Shown one piece after another: positions 61,982 through 64,000 of a stretch of 64,000 nucleotides of DNA (its first letter is position 1; every line of letters begins with the position of its first letter). The DNA is from Lingula anatina (lineage: Eukaryota > Animalia > Brachiopoda). The translations under genes were made by a program, and so were the position numbers. The stretch spans positions 28,582,001 to 28,646,000 of the forward strand of contig CM120642.1 in NCBI GenBank assembly GCA_051362555.1. Direction: 5' to 3'. The notes under the pieces were generated by a model, which did no database searches, was not told the DNA's origin, and worked only from the letters and a program-made list of their open reading frames with translations.

Positions 61982-64000
61982 TAACACTCCTCCTGGTGTT
62001 GAGTAGAATAAAGAAAACATGGTTATTATACATGTATGTTGGGGAAAAAGAAGAGGCAACAAAATTCATTACATTCATACAGACAGACAAATAGGCAAAT
62101 CATTATACCAGAATAACAAACAAAGACTAGAAAAAATTAAAGACATACAATGAGCTTTTGACTATAAAGGCATGGTTAGAAACAGAGTAAAACTTCCATG
62201 ACACCAGTGTATCCATAATGCAAACAACTGATTACATTTAAAACAGGGTGATTACATTTAAAACTAACCCTATTTTACTTTTGTTTATTCATATTAAATT
62301 AGTGAATTATAACCAGATTCCCATTCTAGAGCTAATAATGCTTATAATGTTTTGAATTATTGGTTGTCACACCTACATGAACTAGTGGCACTCTGAAAAT
62401 AGAAATCTACACCCCAAAAAGGCGTTTATGAGATATACAAAACCTTGTTATTTCAGCAGATTTGAATTAGATATATTAAAAGTTGGTGTTAAACGGAAAA
62501 TTGTTGAACTTTCCAGGAAAAATCATTAAATGATCTTATGCCTACACTCAATCATGCTTTCCTTCCATGACAGATACACAGACACAAAAAAGAAAATTTA
62601 GCAGATGAACAAAATAACAATAATTATTATAGAGTCAGCCCAAAGAATGATTCAGCAATGTGTGGGATAACTTTCACTTCTACGCAGAGATCCTTTAAAA
62701 ACCAAATTAAGATTGAAGTAGAAAAAATGTTTTAATGACTAAACACTGTTCTTGGATAAATATCAAGTAAACACATTTGCCATCTTAAATGTTTTCCTAA
62801 TTTAAGTAATGGTTTTAAACGCAACTGCCTTAATGCAAAGAGAAGTTGTTCCACTATGAATAAAAGTTGCTTCAGCACAAAGAAAACATACATATTCCTC
62901 TGAGAATTTCTCATTAGTGCCAGCAATTTCAATAACAGTATAAGACCTTATCTTTTTACAAACCTAACCTTTAACTCACCGGAGATTGATGAAGTTGTCC
63001 AATAAAAACTGAAATCTCTCAAGTGAGTAAAAGTTAAAGTTTGCAAGAAAAAAAGAAAACTAAGATCTTGAAGTGTATTTCAACATAGACACTCATGAGG
63101 CTATCATCTACTTTCGAACAAACAATCAATCAGTGTACTGCATAATTATCTATAAACTTGTTTTTTTATGTCATCTACATGCAATCCCTTAACCACCAAC
63201 TAAGTTAATGAGTTTGGCTTCATTCAACTTTACTGAACTTTACAGTCAGACAATTTCATTTTGAAGACTGGTAGTTCTCTTTTCCGATCTTATTGCCTCC
63301 ACTTTTGCCTTTGTTTTGGTTTTTATTTGTTAACAGACTGACTAAAAAATCTGTAGACAGATTATGATAAAAATTTTAGGCTAAGTCAGATAGGCTAACT
63401 TACATATGTTTAACCCAAAAGATTTTGCTGTGGTTAATTAATTAATCAATTAATTTATCTATTAACCAATAATAAATATTGAGCTGACTTGGAAAAGGTC
63501 TGCACACTTTAAGTGTTTTTCTTGTAACTTATCAAACAAATTTGCTGCTCAATGAATTTAATAAACACAATTACTGCTATCTCAGAAGTTAACTTTACTG
63601 AGTATGCAGACACCATTTTGTAACAGTTCTTAAAAAAGTGGACAAAAAATCCCCTTTTCAGTTTGTGATAGATACCTAAACAGGTTAGTTTGAAATTCTC
63701 TTTAAGTAAATTTTTAACGGAGCCTGTGTCATCTCTCAGTATGCTACATGCATGTGGCAGTGGAGACCTACACTAATATCATCATGCAAACTCTAACCAG
63801 CTATATAGATAATCAGGCATCAGAATTCTTAGCATGACAATATTTTCCTTTCTGCTTGATGAGCCTAGGAATCATAGAAGTCAGCTAATTTCACAGAGTG
63901 TATGTTTTACTTTTGCACTATAAATTTATACAATAAATCATGAATACACCATTCTAAGCTATCTATGCTGGCTAAAAAATTCCTTGCAAAAGAATCATTG

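Noticed and set aside
1-64000. tRNA, rRNA or prokaryotic operon/defence systems
   Set aside because: None recognisable; all host genes are spliceosomal-intron-containing metazoan genes.

Overview
AT-rich, intron-rich metazoan genomic DNA. It is probably lophotrochozoan or molluscan, inferred only from gene and repeat style. There are four host genes. (1) A 5'-truncated multi-exon TBC1D2/TBC1D2B-like Rab-GAP (+, <44-30187) that continues into a beta-propeller region. (2) A secreted coiled-coil/fibrinogen-domain (scabrous/angiopoietin-like) gene nested antisense in that gene's 14-kb intron (-, 7818-16797). (3) A two-coding-exon DUF268 membrane protein (+, 49651-51391). (4) The 3' portion of GABA-B receptor subunit 1 (-, 53142->61553). 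Between genes 1 and 3 is a 1.4-kb tandem duplication whose second copy carries two insertions about 40 bp apart. The first is a 5.7-kb composite Helentron-type (HINE) block containing a Penelope GIY-YIG fragment with a minimal hammerhead ribozyme. The second is a 9.8-kb, apparently intact Ty3/Gypsy endogenous-retrovirus-like element (38438-48263, -). That element is the most notable system here. It has two 432-bp LTRs that match by eye, gag and pol in one frame separated by a single UAG (readthrough), a chromodomain-tipped integrase, and a spliced baculovirus-F-type env with a second TM segment and an extra C-terminal domain. Its U3 contains three nuclear-receptor-like palindromes. Exon boundaries were read manually from GT/AG sites and reading phase and may be off by a few bases. 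No database searches were run.
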